Assembly: GCF_964355755.1 (NCBI RefSeq)
Contig: NC_092671.1
Location: forward strand, 248,001-312,000
DNA from: Antedon mediterranea
Lineage: Eukaryota > Animalia > Echinodermata
Direction of reading: 5' to 3'
DNA length: 64,000 nucleotides
A program made the translations under genes and the position numbers. Under the pieces are notes generated by a model. The model ran no database searches. It worked only from the letters and a program-made list of their open reading frames with translations, and had not been told where the DNA came from. This document shows positions 13,320 through 26,100 of this stretch, piece after piece. Every line of letters begins with the position of its first letter. Position 1 is the stretch's first letter.

Positions 13320-14370
13320 AAATAAAAATAAATATTTCTTTCGTTCAATCAACATAATTATAATTATAGGAGTAATAAATCATTAATATCAACAGATAAA
13401 AACCACAATGGTTCCATACACGCATCCTAGGCAGAGTGTAATATAATTTAGTTATTTGATTGTTGGCCATGGTGATAAGTGTGTACGGTACTAATTATAC
13501 CCATGTGTGAGATTAAGATTCTTCAGGAGACTGGCAAACAGAAAATTCAATTATAGTCATATGTGAAGCGCACTGTGGATTTACGCATTATACACTAAAT
13601 AAATATAGATTAGTATTCATTACAATTAGTATTATTACCGATGAAATAGGATGATACTGTGCGATATATAACCATGATACGAAATATAATTAGCAAGATG
13701 ATGATCGTTAATAATTAAATAATCAGTATGATAAGCCTATAAAATAGTTAACCGTCTTTCGTTACCTCTCCAGTTGTCTCGAATTCTTATAGGAATATTT
13801 GTTAATTGCGCATGAAATTGCATCTGTATATTTCCATACATGATCTTGCAATAAAACGACTAAACACAATTTGACCAGGCGCGATGGGTTACAACCAAGC
13901 TAGAATTATAAATTCGTAAATCAGTAGGGGCCGCGTAATTATGATTTAGGTTTTAGGATCGGAGGGACTGAACCTTATACAAAAGTGTGTGCTATGGGTT
14001 AGGGGGGCACTTATAGGCATGAGATATGTGTGTACATTGGCACATATACATTGTATACAACCCTAACACCTGTTGTAAGGATGATACCTCCTGGTTTGTT
14101 GACGACCTAATTTCATAAATGTTTTAGGACCCCCTTGGAAACAAACAAACTTTATAGTTTAAAGCGCTAATCCTGCAGATTTTATTTGTATGTTAATATA
14201 GTTATTGTCGATTTTATGTCAAGATAAACCGTCCATAGGCCTATATAATAAAATGCCTATTAGTGTATTTTGCTATGGCTGTAGAGTTCTAGATCGATAT
14301 TTCCTCTGGCATGGGGTCGATGACCTGCAACTCTCTGGCATGGGGTGACATATCAACTCATCAGTATCTT

Positions 14371-15922
14371 CACAGCAAAATTTGAAATTCTAAGCAAGAA
14401 AAAAAAATCTTGTTTTAAGAAAAAATTCTTAAAATAAGTATTTTTTTTCTTGTCAAGATTTAAAATTACTTAAAACAAGAAATAATTTTCTAGAAAAGAC
14501 ACATTTTCTTAAATTAAGTTTTGCAATATTCTTGAAAATGCTTATTACAAGAAATATTTTACTTAAAATAAGAAGTCAATATCATTCTCTTCTTATTAAG
14601 AATAATTTTGCTTAAAACAAGATTTGAAAATACTTAATTTGAAAAGTATTTTACTTAAAATAAGAAATCTATATTATATTTATCCCTATCAAGAATAATT
14701 TTTCTTAAATCAAGATTGATGAATTATAAAAATTACTTAAAACAATCAATATTTTTCTAGGTAAGACAAAGTTTCTTAAATTAGGTTTCGCAATAGTCTT
14801 GAAAATACTTGTTTTGAGAAATATTTTACTTAAAATAAGAAGTCAATTTCACACTACCCTTATCAAGATTATTTTTACTTGAATCAAGATTCGCAATATT
14901 CTTGAAAATGCTTATTACAAGAAATATTTTACTTAAAATAAGAAGTCAATATCATTCTCTTCTTATTAAGAATAGTTTTGCTTAAAACAAGATTTGAAAA
15001 TACTTAATTTGAAAAGTATTTTACTTAAAATAAGAAATCAATATTATATTTATCCCTATCAAGAATAATTTTTCTTAAATCAAGATTGATGAATTCTAAA
15101 AATTACTTAAAACAATAAATATTTTTCTAGGTAAGACAAAGTTTCTTAAATTAGGTTTCGCAATATTCTTAAAAATACTTATTTTGAGAAATGTTTTACT
15201 TAAAATAAGAAGTCAATATCATACTATCTTATCAAGACTATTTTTGCTTAAATTGAGATTCGCAATATTTTTAAAAATACTTATTTTGAGAAATGTTTTA
15301 CTTAAAATAAGAAGTCAATATCATACTATCTTATCAAGACTATTTTTACTTGAATCAAGATTCGCAATATTCTTAAAAATACTTATTTCGAGAAATGTTT
15401 TACTTAAAATAAGAAGTCAATATCATACTATCTTATCAAGACTATTTTTGCTTAAATTGAGATTCGCAATATTTTAAAAAATACTTATTTTGAAAAATGT
15501 TTTACTTAAAATAAGAAGTCAATATCATACTATCCTATCAAGACTATTTTTGCTTGAATTCAGATTCGCAATATTCTGATTTTGAGAAATGTTTTACTTA
15601 AAATAAGAAGTCAATATCATACTATCTTATCAAGACTATTTTTACTTGAATCAAGATTCGCAATATTCTTTAAAATACTTATTTTGAGAAATGTTTTACT
15701 TAAAATAAGAAGTCAATATCATACTATCTTATCAAGACTATTTTTGCTTAAATTGAGATTCGCAATATTTTAAAAAATACTTATTTTGAGAAATGTTTTA
15801 CTTAAGATAAGAAGTCAATATCATACTATATCCTATCAAGACTATTTTTGCTTGAATTGAAGTCAATTCTATTTTAATATTCTGAAAAATACTTATTTTG
15901 AGAAATGTTTTACTTAAAATAG
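14371..15922 (+). repeat. Left subterminal repeat arm (102-bp units plus a ~370-bp duplication)
   Basis: cttaaaataagaagtcaatatcatactatc recurs at 15199, 15301, 15403 and onward. The segment at ~14523 is duplicated at ~14893. Confidence 0.92.
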
Positions 15923-16359
15923 ATTGTCATCCTTATATTCACACAACGGTAGAGCAGTTAGCACTTCAGTTTCAACTGATGAAAGAATCTGGGTAATCAA
16001 ACTGTTTGTGCTTTGAATAATCGATTGCACTGCAACCTAAAGAAAATAATATTGATTTAATATTTTTTATATTCAAGTTTTAATATGTTTAAAAACTAAG
16101 TTGTGCTTTAGTTGGGGAGCTATGCAGCCTAACAAAAAAAATGTTATTTGTAACAATGAAATTGGTCACAAAAAAATGCAACATAAACTTAGAGTGTATA
16201 ATGCCTAGGCCTAGGCCTAGTACCCAAGTCCTATAGTTACTATAGCTAATAGTCCTGTATAATAACAGTACCAGCAAGGCCTAGGAAATAGACGTATTTC
16301 TCTAATAAAAAATAGTTTAAAATGCATAATTGTTGTAATTTTAAAGCAAAATGGCTTAC

Positions 16360-16870
16360 CTGTGGAATCTTGTTTCTCTCCTTTAATTTTAGTAGAAAGA
16401 AATCAGCATTTTTTATACTATTATCTGCTTGTTCATCCTCTAGTTAGTAGGCCTTCTTGCTGAGCATCAACAAGATAATTAATATTAAACAATCATTAAC
16501 AGTATAACAATACTAGAATTATCACTACTACTATCGTCAGTTGATAAATCATCCCCGTTATAATAGTTTTTTTCTTCATTAACTTCGTCAGTCTCCTAGT
16601 CTAGGCCTAGTTCTACTTCATCCTCAATTGGCATCCTCGTTTTCTCCAGGCATACTTATATACTGATGTTTCCATCGTCAACTGCAGGAGGTTGCCGATT
16701 GTTATACTCGTCCTTAAAATGGCGTCTTATGACATTCTTGTAAAACGAATTGTAAATTCCAAAGCTTGCCGGGCAGCGAACCACCAATTCCACATGTTAC
16801 TCGAAAATTCGGAGTATTTCCATGAATTGAATTATAATGCCTTAGCAAATAGGGTAGCAAATACTGTACC
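16360..16870 (-). pseudogene. Decayed first exon of an animal EnSpm/CMC-type transposase (zinc-finger N-terminus)
   Basis: Manual minus-strand translation gives YLLRHYNSIHGNTPNFRVTCGIGG/(frameshift)CPASFGIYNSFYKNVIRRH, an acidic linker, then KNADFFLLKLKERNKIPQ followed by a gtaag donor (complement of cttac, 16355-16359). Contains stops and frameshifts. Family assignment is from recalled motifs. Confidence 0.65.
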
Positions 16871-17244
16871 TACTTCAGTTTACTGGCACCAACTTATTGC
16901 TTTTTTTCGGACTGCAACAAACATGTGTCATTATTATTGTCTGTCGTATTACTGTTGGTCCAGACGTTTTATAGATTTGCTTTAACCACCATGGAGGTTT
17001 ATACCTCCATGCTTTAACGTTAAGCAGTATAATGACCTTATACATTCTGGGTAAAAGGCCAGCGATAATAGTTGAAAAACAACACTGTGTGTGGTCGATG
17101 ACCTAGCTCCCGGCGGGATCATTGCCAACGGTTTTTTAAAGTAATCATTCAAAATCTAGAGTTTGTAAGTACTGTAAAAGACACCTTTCATCGCAATTTA
17201 TATATTAAATGCTTCAATAGGCCTAGTAAGATTAGTCTAATATA

Positions 17245-19330
17245 ATGTCGAAGGAAGACGCTTTGTTGAAGATCCGAGAAATAGATGAAGAAGTGGCCAA
17301 CATTTTAACAGGTTCGTAGGCCTAATAATTATATTTTAATCTACCAGCAGTCTAGGCCTAGCCTAGGCTCCTTCCTATTTAGTAATACTGTAGGCCTGGA
17401 ACTAGTAGGTCTAGGCTAGCCTACTATGCCTGTACTGACGGACAGGTGTATAGGTTTAGCTTAGCATTTTAGTTCAGACATTGACAGAGGGGACAAATAT
17501 TGTCGGACCTATTTCAGCTAGGTATAAGGAAGGCCTAATAATAGATAATACAATTATAATGTAACAGTAATATTTTGCAATGTAGCCATGAAATATCTAC
17601 GAAGGATTATATTATATACACATATTCCAATGAGAAATATAATGACATTTAAAAACACTTCTTTATATTTAATTAATTGTACACACTAAGAAATCCCCGA
17701 AGTGATCACATCGATATTGAAACTTAATGTTTTTAACTCTAAATTTTTAAAAAAACATACTAAAAAAACAAACAAAAAACATACGTACTGCATAACTAAA
17801 ATTGTTATATTAAATTTCTTTTTTTATCTTAAATTATTTGTTAGGTAATTGAAGAAGTTCGAAGGATACTAATTATTACTAGGCAAAGAGGAATGAAATA
17901 CAAAAGAAAGCTTTTTAAAAAAGTGCTTAGCAAATTTTTCCAAAGAAGAGAATAATATAGTTTATTTTGGTATTTTAAAGAGAAACACCAGTCCTCCATC
18001 TGGTAAGTACAGTGTATGTTTTTGTACTTTTATCTATTCATAAATATTTTTATAATGGACCAATGGTAGTGAGGAAAATACGTGTACATATTGTGTACGT
18101 ATTTTTAACAGCTTGGTTCGACTCAAGCTAGTGTCATGCACTCCTCCCTTTGACAACTAAAATTAAATAAATGACTTATGAATATTAATTTTTGACATAT
18201 TAATGATCTCCTGGCCAGCCCACCCTTTCCCCTTCCTTTTACATTGACCACCTACAAAACTGTAGGCTACATTATTAAAAATTTGAGCTACAGTATATCA
18301 AGTTTATGTCCATACATTATTCCACTCATTTAAATAAATTTATATAATATAATGTTTTCAATTTGTTATTTTTGGTTAGGTTCAAAGATAACCCATATGT
18401 TGTCAAATCTGTCAAACATATTTGTTGGGAAAAACTCATCAAAAAAAGTCTGCCGACCTTGAAGGTATTTAGTGTTTTTTTAAATTTAAAATACAAGTAA
18501 CATTATGTACATTAAAAAAAAATATCTTAAAGTGTTTTTTTAAAATCAAATTTATCTTAGCTTAAAATTCGAGGTATATACTATGTTTACAATAATTTAT
18601 TAAAATCAAACAATTAAACAAAATTTACATTTAATTGTATGATTGTTATTATAAACATTGATACAGAATAAAAACATCAATCAGGATTGAGCACCGTTTT
18701 GCCTAAATAGTAATATTAAAAATAAATTTAGACCCTAATAATTTAACTAAAAATAATAGATACAGCCAGGCCTGTCTTTGGGATCGGTATAAACAGGGCA
18801 AAGTTTGTGATTAAAAAGTTCAAATGCATATTCCACCCACCCTTATGTCTTATAATGTAAAATTATTCTTACCACCGTTCTAATATTGCGTCATGTTTTT
18901 GTGTTTACCGCCCCAGATATAGGACTCTAAAACCACACCGTACCCAATTAGTTGATGATGTTACACATATTTTAAATACAGTAATAACTAAAACTATATT
19001 AATCTCTTTTCATTTTTAGGAACATGAATAAAGATCCAGAATCCTGGTCTTCACGCCGATCAGGTAATATGCCGGTATTGCTTTTGGACACAGAAATGGC
19101 CTACATTAAAGTTTAGCAAACAATTCTAACTACAAAGAAAGCAAAATTAGATGAGGCTCTAGTTACTCTCCTCTCCACTTTTTACCTTCTGGATTTCGAT
19201 TATCCAAAATGAAAAGAAGTAGGCCTCACTATCCTTTAACAGTTAGTGATTTTGTGATGAAAACACACCTGTACACTTGACAAAGGCTGTTGAATCATCA
19301 TTAGTATACATTAATAAATTTAAAGACACC
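17245..19330 (+). pseudogene. Decayed multi-exon transposon accessory gene (SAMD3-C-terminal-like motif)
   Basis: Putative exons: 17245-17311 (MSKEDALLKIREIDEEVANILT|gt), ~17845-18002 (|gtaagt), ~18380-18464 and 19020-~19330. The last reads DEALVTLLSTFYLLDFDYPK*KEVGLTIL*QLV, resembling the 'L..YY.F.L.YP....L.F.Q' motif of CMC-associated SAMD3-like proteins. In-frame stops are present. Confidence 0.55.
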
Positions 19331-19539
19331 TAATAGTTTAAAGCCCAGGTGCGGGAGAAGAATTTTACGAAATTTGTATTTTACCATTTTAATGTTTTTA
19401 AGTTTTCTTTTGATGGCATTTTATTATTAATAAAAACAAGTTTGTTTTAAAGAAGTTGTATATATTATTGTACCTAATGTCATGTAAATTGTAGTTCTTA
19501 ATGAAAATAACAGTATTGTTAATATTATGTTTTATAACA

Positions 19540-21237
19540 TTCTTGAATTTATTTGTTTAAGTAAAATATTACTTAAAATGAGTATTCATTTATCGTTCTT
19601 AAAATAAATTTTTAGTGATTTATATTTTATAGAATTCTTGTTTCAAGCAATTTTTTTCCCAATATAAGTAAGAATTTACGAATTTTAATTTGATAGAATT
19701 CTTGTTTCAAGCAATACTTTTCTTAAAATAAGTAAACATTTACTGGTTTTTATTTGATAGACTTCTTGTTTACTTATTTTAAAAAAAGTTTTGCTTGAAA
19801 CAAGAATTCTACAAATAAAAATCGGAATATTCTTACTTATTTTAAGAAATATATTGCTTGAAACAAGAAAACTAAAAATATAAATCGGAATATTCTTACT
19901 TATTTTAAGAAAAATATTGCTTAAAACAAGAATTCTAAAAAATACAAACCGGAATATTCTTACTTATTTTAAGAAAAATATTGCTTGAAACAAGAATTCT
20001 ACAAATAAAAATCGGAATATTCTTACTTATTTTAAGAAATATATTGCTTGAAACAAGAATTCAAAAAATACAAATCGGAATATTCTTACTTATTTTAAGA
20101 AAAATATTGCTTGAAACAAGAATTCAAAAAATACAAATCGGAATATTCTTACTTATTTTAAGAAAAATATTGCTTGAAACAAGAATTCAAAAAATACAAA
20201 TCGGAATATTCTTACTTATTTTAAGAAATATATTGCTTGAAACAAGAATATTAAAATTAAAAATCGGAATATTCTTACTTATTTTAAGAAAAATATTGCT
20301 TAAAACAAGAATTCTAAAAAATACAAATCGGAATATTCTTACTTATTTTAAGAAAAATATTGCTTGAAACAAGAATTCTACAAATAAAAATCGGAATATT
20401 CTTACTTATTTTAAGAAATATTTTGCTTGAAACAAGAATTCAAAAAATACAAATCGGAATATTCTTACTTATTTTAAGAAAAAAATTGCTTGAAACAAGA
20501 ATTCAAAAAATACAAATCGGAATATTCTTACTTATTTTAAGAAAAATATTGCTTGAAACAAGAATTCAAAAAATACAAATCGGAATATTCTTACTTATTT
20601 TAAGAAAAATATTGCTTGAAACAAGAATTCAAAAAATAAAAATCGGAATATTCTTACTTATTTTAAGAAATATCTTGCTTGAAACAAGAATTCTATAAAA
20701 TACAAATCGGAATATTCTTACTTATTTTAAGAAATATCTTGCTTGAAACAAGAATTCAAAAAAATACAAATCGGAATATTCTTACTTATTTTAAGAAATA
20801 TATTGCTTGAAACAAGAATTCTATAAAATACAAATCGGAATATTCTTACTTATTTTAAGAAATATATTGCTTGAAACAAGAAAACTAAAAATATAAATCG
20901 GAATATTCTTACTTATTTTAAGAAAAATATTGCTTGAAACAAGAATTCTATTTTAAAAAATCGATAAATTGTTACTTATTTTAAGGCAGATACTGCTTAA
21001 AACAAGAATGAAAAAAGCAATTAAATTCTTGGTAAGAATATTGTTCTTAAAGTATTATTTCTTGGTAAGAATAATTTTCTTGATAAGAATTTGTGTGATT
21101 CTTGTTAAGAATTTTACGATTCTTGGTAAGCCAAAAAGTATTGAAATACGGACAAGTCAAAATTTACTTGTTTCAAGAAATATTTTGCTTGAAACAAGTT
21201 TTTTTTTTCTTAAAACAAGAATCAGAATTTTGCTGTG
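19540..21237 (+). repeat. Right subterminal repeat arm (63-bp units, ~19 well-conserved copies)
   Basis: gcttgaaacaagaattcaaaaaatacaaatcggaatattcttacttattttaagaaaaatatt is repeated. It produces the spurious 21-aa-repeat ORFs. Confidence 0.95.
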
Positions 21238-22411
21238 TTTACTCAGGTACTGAGCTGATACAGAGTGCCCTCAGCTCTCCTCTCCTTATGTTAATACGAT
21301 AGGGATATATAGTAAAATAGCTCATATATCCATTTTTCCTGAATAAGAATAAAACATAAAAGTTATGATAAGTCTATTATATATATTTCCCTCTGAATTA
21401 GTTATAACTTGTTTTTAAAAAACTCGTTAATCACCATACATTAATTCATATAGAATGAAGTCTACAGAGACAAACATACCAACACAGTGTTTGGGTTTTT
21501 GTGTGTGGGTCCATGTATTTCTAATGCGAATAAAGTCAATATAAGTCGATGACCTGCAACTCTACACCCTACACATTTATTGTTAAAAATCCTCTTGTAG
21601 GATTGTTCAAATAAGTTACGGTACAACGGACTTTGAACAGTACAATTATTGACTTCTTGTTTAGCGGTAGTTTAACAACTAAATGTTCGATCTGTCTACT
21701 TTTTGTATATGGATGGCAATAAATATTACAATTACAATTACAACAATATTAGTAATGTGATCGAACCGATGTTATTATGTTTAGATGTTATATTATATGA
21801 TGACAGTGCTGATCTTAGTCTTCGTTTTGTTATACAATACATAAGAATCAGTCCTCCAACATAATTCATTACCGTATATCGAAGCCTTATTTCCTCAATA
21901 CTATATTAATACGCGTCAGCAGCGACAGATAATAGCAACCTAGTATTCTTCAACATTGTATTATAGAGTAGCTGAAAAGAAGTCTATTTTGATGAAAGAT
22001 GTAAGCGTGTTGTGTAGTCATTTTTCCTCGTCAGTTATATCATCTTGTAAAGGATTCTTTCTTGTCAAACGACAACTTGACAAGGCAACCGGATTTGCGT
22101 ATATTATCATTAATTACATATTATCTATCACCGAACTGAGTAAGCAGACGATAGCGGACCCATTTCACCAGTTTTGTGGTTTAGACATTACTTTTCCTAC
22201 TTTCCGTTGGAATTAACCAATCATAGGTAAACCATGAAACACTTTGTTTCCGAATGCTGGCGCATGTTGAGGAGTGAGTCTAATAATTAGAGTGTGCACC
22301 CGTTCTCCATACAGACGTTGTTTTGGGTATCGTTTGCCGTTGGTTAATATGATACATCGTTCATGCTTCTCTGCTTAGTTGTTGTGAGCTCTTTCGTGAA
22401 TATATAAGACA

Positions 22412-23147
22412 ATGTTGTGCTTACGTTTTTTGTGGATTTTTCTGGCTGTGACGGAAGTAGAGGCATTAATATGTGAAGAACAAGTGAACAGTGATAATGA
22501 ACTTAAAATGTTATTTATGACGACGTACAATGAGGTTCTCCCGTCCCGGAGGACGCCCTTTACATTTGATCTTGTATACCCTAGCGTAGATTTAGCGTTA
22601 GAATATGTTGACAGTGTCGGTCTCTTGTCGGCATTGAATAGGAACGTAACTTGGAAAGATACAGAATGTAGCCATGTCACGCCCATGATAGATACTGTGG
22701 AATTCCATGAAAAAATGGGTAACGTTTTGTTTGGACCTTGCTGTGAGTATAGTGCCGCTCCAGCAATTCGACTCGCCAGTCGATGGGATATGCCAGTGGT
22801 TACTGTTGGGGCTTTGGCAGCGGATTTTAATGACAAACAATCACAGTTCAGGTTACTAACCAGAGTGCATTCTCCTTACACAATGTTTGGTGAAACTCTA
22901 AATGCGTTTTTTCGAAGATACGAATGGAAACATATTGGAATGATAATTGCTTCGACTGACAAAACCTACAATCCTGAAGTTTTGTCAAGGTCTTTTTTCT
23001 TTGCATGCGGCGGTGTCCAGGTAGGACTTAACAAAACTGGAGATAAAAGCTATGAATTTATTTTCCATGTAGTTGAGAATCAAGATGACCTGAATAAAGA
23101 TGAATATATACGAAACATGTTGAAAGAAATATCTTCAAAGTCAAGGG
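22412..23147 (+). CDS. NPR1-like: Natriuretic peptide receptor / receptor guanylyl cyclase family, coding exon 1 (signal peptide plus N-terminal part of the ANF-receptor ligand-binding domain)
   Basis: Hydrophobic N-terminus MLCLRFLWIFLAVTEVEA. The motif DTECS...LFGPCCEYSAAPAIRLASRWDMPVVTVGALAADFNDKQSQFRLLTRVHSPYTMFGE closely matches vertebrate NPR1/2/3. Phase-1 donor G|gtaagc at 23147/23148. Paralog identity cannot be resolved from these exons. Confidence 0.93.
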
Positions 23148-26100
23148 GTAAGCAACGATGCAGTTTATTATTAAATGATGCATTAATATCAATAATCTCG
23201 CGCGCACAAACTTTGTGCGCGCCGGAAATGTTTTTACGTCACGTACTGACAAAATACAGAATTTGAGTTGGGTCAGGTACCGTGTCAGAGTACAAACCCA
23301 TGTAAAAACTGGCAAAAAACGTCTCTTATACTCTCAAAGTGCACTTTTTATATACTTTATATTCAACAGCATTGAACATTCTCTATTTCACTGTTAAATA
23401 ATTTTGGAGCCCACCCATCGCCATCTTTTTTCCCCAAGTGTACGATGACTTGATATTGTTAGTAAACTGTTATTGATATATTTCATATCGTTGTTTGTAC
23501 GTATATACAATAGCAAGTTAATATTAAGCCTGATAATGAGATGCATAGTAAAATGTCATGATGATGTATATGTGTAGAATGTGATGAGAGCTGTCATGGA
23601 TATTCCAAAACGAGCATTATTCCTTTTATTATCACATTGCTACTAAATCTGATTAGGCAAAAAGTATACTTTCTCAACTTCCATCCTGATATATTATGAT
23701 ATAAGTCAGCCGCCTAATTAATTATTTCAGAATTATATGAGAAGTAATTCAGCATGTAAGTTATCACAAGCACACGTGATTTTTCATTAATTCGGTACGC
23801 ACTTGACAACCCGGATGTAATCAATTTAGTGTGTATTTTTCAGGGGTAATATACGACATGGGTCCAATATCATAATTTTGAAATGCATTTAATTTTCATA
23901 AATCAAATACGGTACGGTAACTTTATAAACGTATGCAACGCCATCGGTATCACTAATGTTAATAAATATATGGTATGTCTCATCTTCGTCATTTTTCAGT
24001 TAAACAATTGCTAAAGAAAATACTCATGTCTGTTCCTCTTTTGCATACAGCACAACCTTCACATTTTTGTTATTGAACCGTTTTGCTTGTGTTTTTTTGT
24101 GTATATAAGTATTGAATTTGAAACCGAATATAGTAATATATTTTTCTGTCATTTTTATTTTAGATTTTCATGTCAAAAACATAATTGCAAACTTTTTATG
24201 ACACGTACAACAAACCTATTTTAAACAAAGTCGACATTTTGAGAGATTAGCATGTTTGTCAATCCTATGCATTTTAATATATCTATCCTATTCAATAAAA
24301 TTCTATTCGTTTTCCTAATTGTTTTCTTGAAATATCCCCGCCGCTAAACATCAATTGTCATTATTCGTGTAACATAATGCACGGTTAATCTATCGAGTTT
24401 GTACACTGTATGATTATTATATATAAGCCTCACTCATTGCGAGCATAAATCGTTTAAGAGTTAAATTAAACGCAGGTGACCTTTCATGTTTGTAAGTTCT
24501 CAAAAAATTAATATATCTTTGGCAGTCATGCAGTCATTAAAAGAATTCATAGTTTTCATGCCGCATATATGATAGATACAATTTTAAAACCATAACTGCT
24601 AAAAACATAAATATTTCATTGAATCAAAATTAATCATTTAACAATACGAAATGTATATCCTTTGTTTTAATACGCTCGTGTTTTCACTTAACTCAACTCA
24701 ACTCTGACATTTTTCGTCACCGTAAATGATATTATTGTTTTTCCTACTGATGCGTTGAGGTTGGTAATAAGGAGTGTCATTAATGTATTTTGATGTGAGC
24801 CAATATTATAACAAACAATCCCTTTGGACGTATAGATGACAAATATCGTGGAAAAAACAACGATATTATTATTTTTTTACAATTACTTTTCTAAGTATAG
24901 GGGATTAGATGTATTGACATCGCGATTCACCAGCCAACAAATCCATAGATTCGTGTAGCGTGCGCGATAATGCATCTTAAACACGTTAGCTTTGATTCAC
25001 ACGTAAATCATAACCTGTTTGCATCCGAAAAATTAATTTCTGAGAAGACAATTAAGCCTTATAGCTTATATCAATTGTTTTTATACTACATTTGTATTTG
25101 CGTTCAAGGTTTCGAATTTGTCGGTAAAAATTGAAGAAAAATAATGTTTCGAATAGTAGTCATAGCCTGTGTCTTGAAGAATGATCAGCATAACATTGTT
25201 TGAGAGATACTTGGATAATTATGTCGACTCCGTTACAAATAGTCACCCAATTCCCACTTTATGTAATGATATGGTACTTATTTAAATACGTGTTTTGAAT
25301 AAAGCGTCACATTATTCTTATAGCAATGTGAAAAGGCCTACTGAATTTCAGTTTTCATATTCGTTCAGCCATATCAATCAAAAGTGATTTAACAAACATA
25401 AACGTTTCCAGCCAGCTTGTCAGCTCATTACCTAAACATAGGGTCTGGAAGAAGGTAAACTAATCATGAGAGTGGATAATGTATTCGAGGGGCAGGGAAG
25501 ATATTATAACATGATGATACTTGTAACATATTCCCAGCCTTGTATCAATTGCCTTAATTAGGATTTTATGTTATTACTTAGCTATCCCGTTTCCCCAATC
25601 CATTTACAGATTGACAATTGACGAAGATTGTTAAAATTAATTTGATAACAGAGCACAACAGTTACAGTATATACCTTTGTTTTCTTTAAGTTCGGTATAG
25701 AATTGGAATAAGTGTGTCTTATGAGAAAGTGATTGTTGATATATCCATTGTACCAGTGTTATTATTAGCTCACATGTTGTCATACAAATTGATAATACAT
25801 CTAAACAGTATTTGTGTGAAACAAACATTTTATTCCATCTCTATCTCTGTAATTAGTTATTATTTGATAGAAGCTTTTCGCATAAATTATTTTCAGTGTC
25901 TTGCATTGGTATACGCAGACAGCAGAATAATTACTAACTTCCACATTAAAAAGCAAAAACTTATGTGGGTAACTTTGTCTTTAGATCTTTGTGATCTCCA
26001 TGATTCAAACGCCATAACAAGATTATATTTGCTATAATAATAATATAATATTAATAATCCATTCAACTGCACAAAAATTGTCACATATGAATAGTAATTA

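Larger units (their letters stand above)
14371..21237. mobile_element. Internally deleted EnSpm/CACTA (CMC superfamily) DNA transposon, 6.9 kb
   Basis: TIR cacagcaaaatt / aattttgctgtg with 2-bp flanks TT/TT. It has ~1.5-kb tandem-repeat subterminal arms and internal decayed transposase-like and accessory-gene remnants. Confidence 0.85.

Noticed and set aside
19981-20698. Leucine-rich 21-aa repeat ORFs (also the 34-aa repeat ORFs at 15184-15773)
   Set aside because: They are by-products of the 63-bp and 102-bp transposon arm repeats.
14316-21563. 19-bp direct repeat gtcgatgacctgcaactct on either side of the EnSpm element
   Set aside because: It is not adjacent to the termini, so it is not a TSD. 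It is probably an older local duplication and too short to interpret.
22375-22840. Antisense ORFs (153 aa and 80 aa) over exon 1
   Set aside because: They are shadow frames of the real coding exon with no recognisable motifs.
23148-23266. C-terminal extension of the 284-aa ORF (KQRCSLL...)
   Set aside because: This is read-through into the intron. Homology continues at 53514 after the gtaagc donor.
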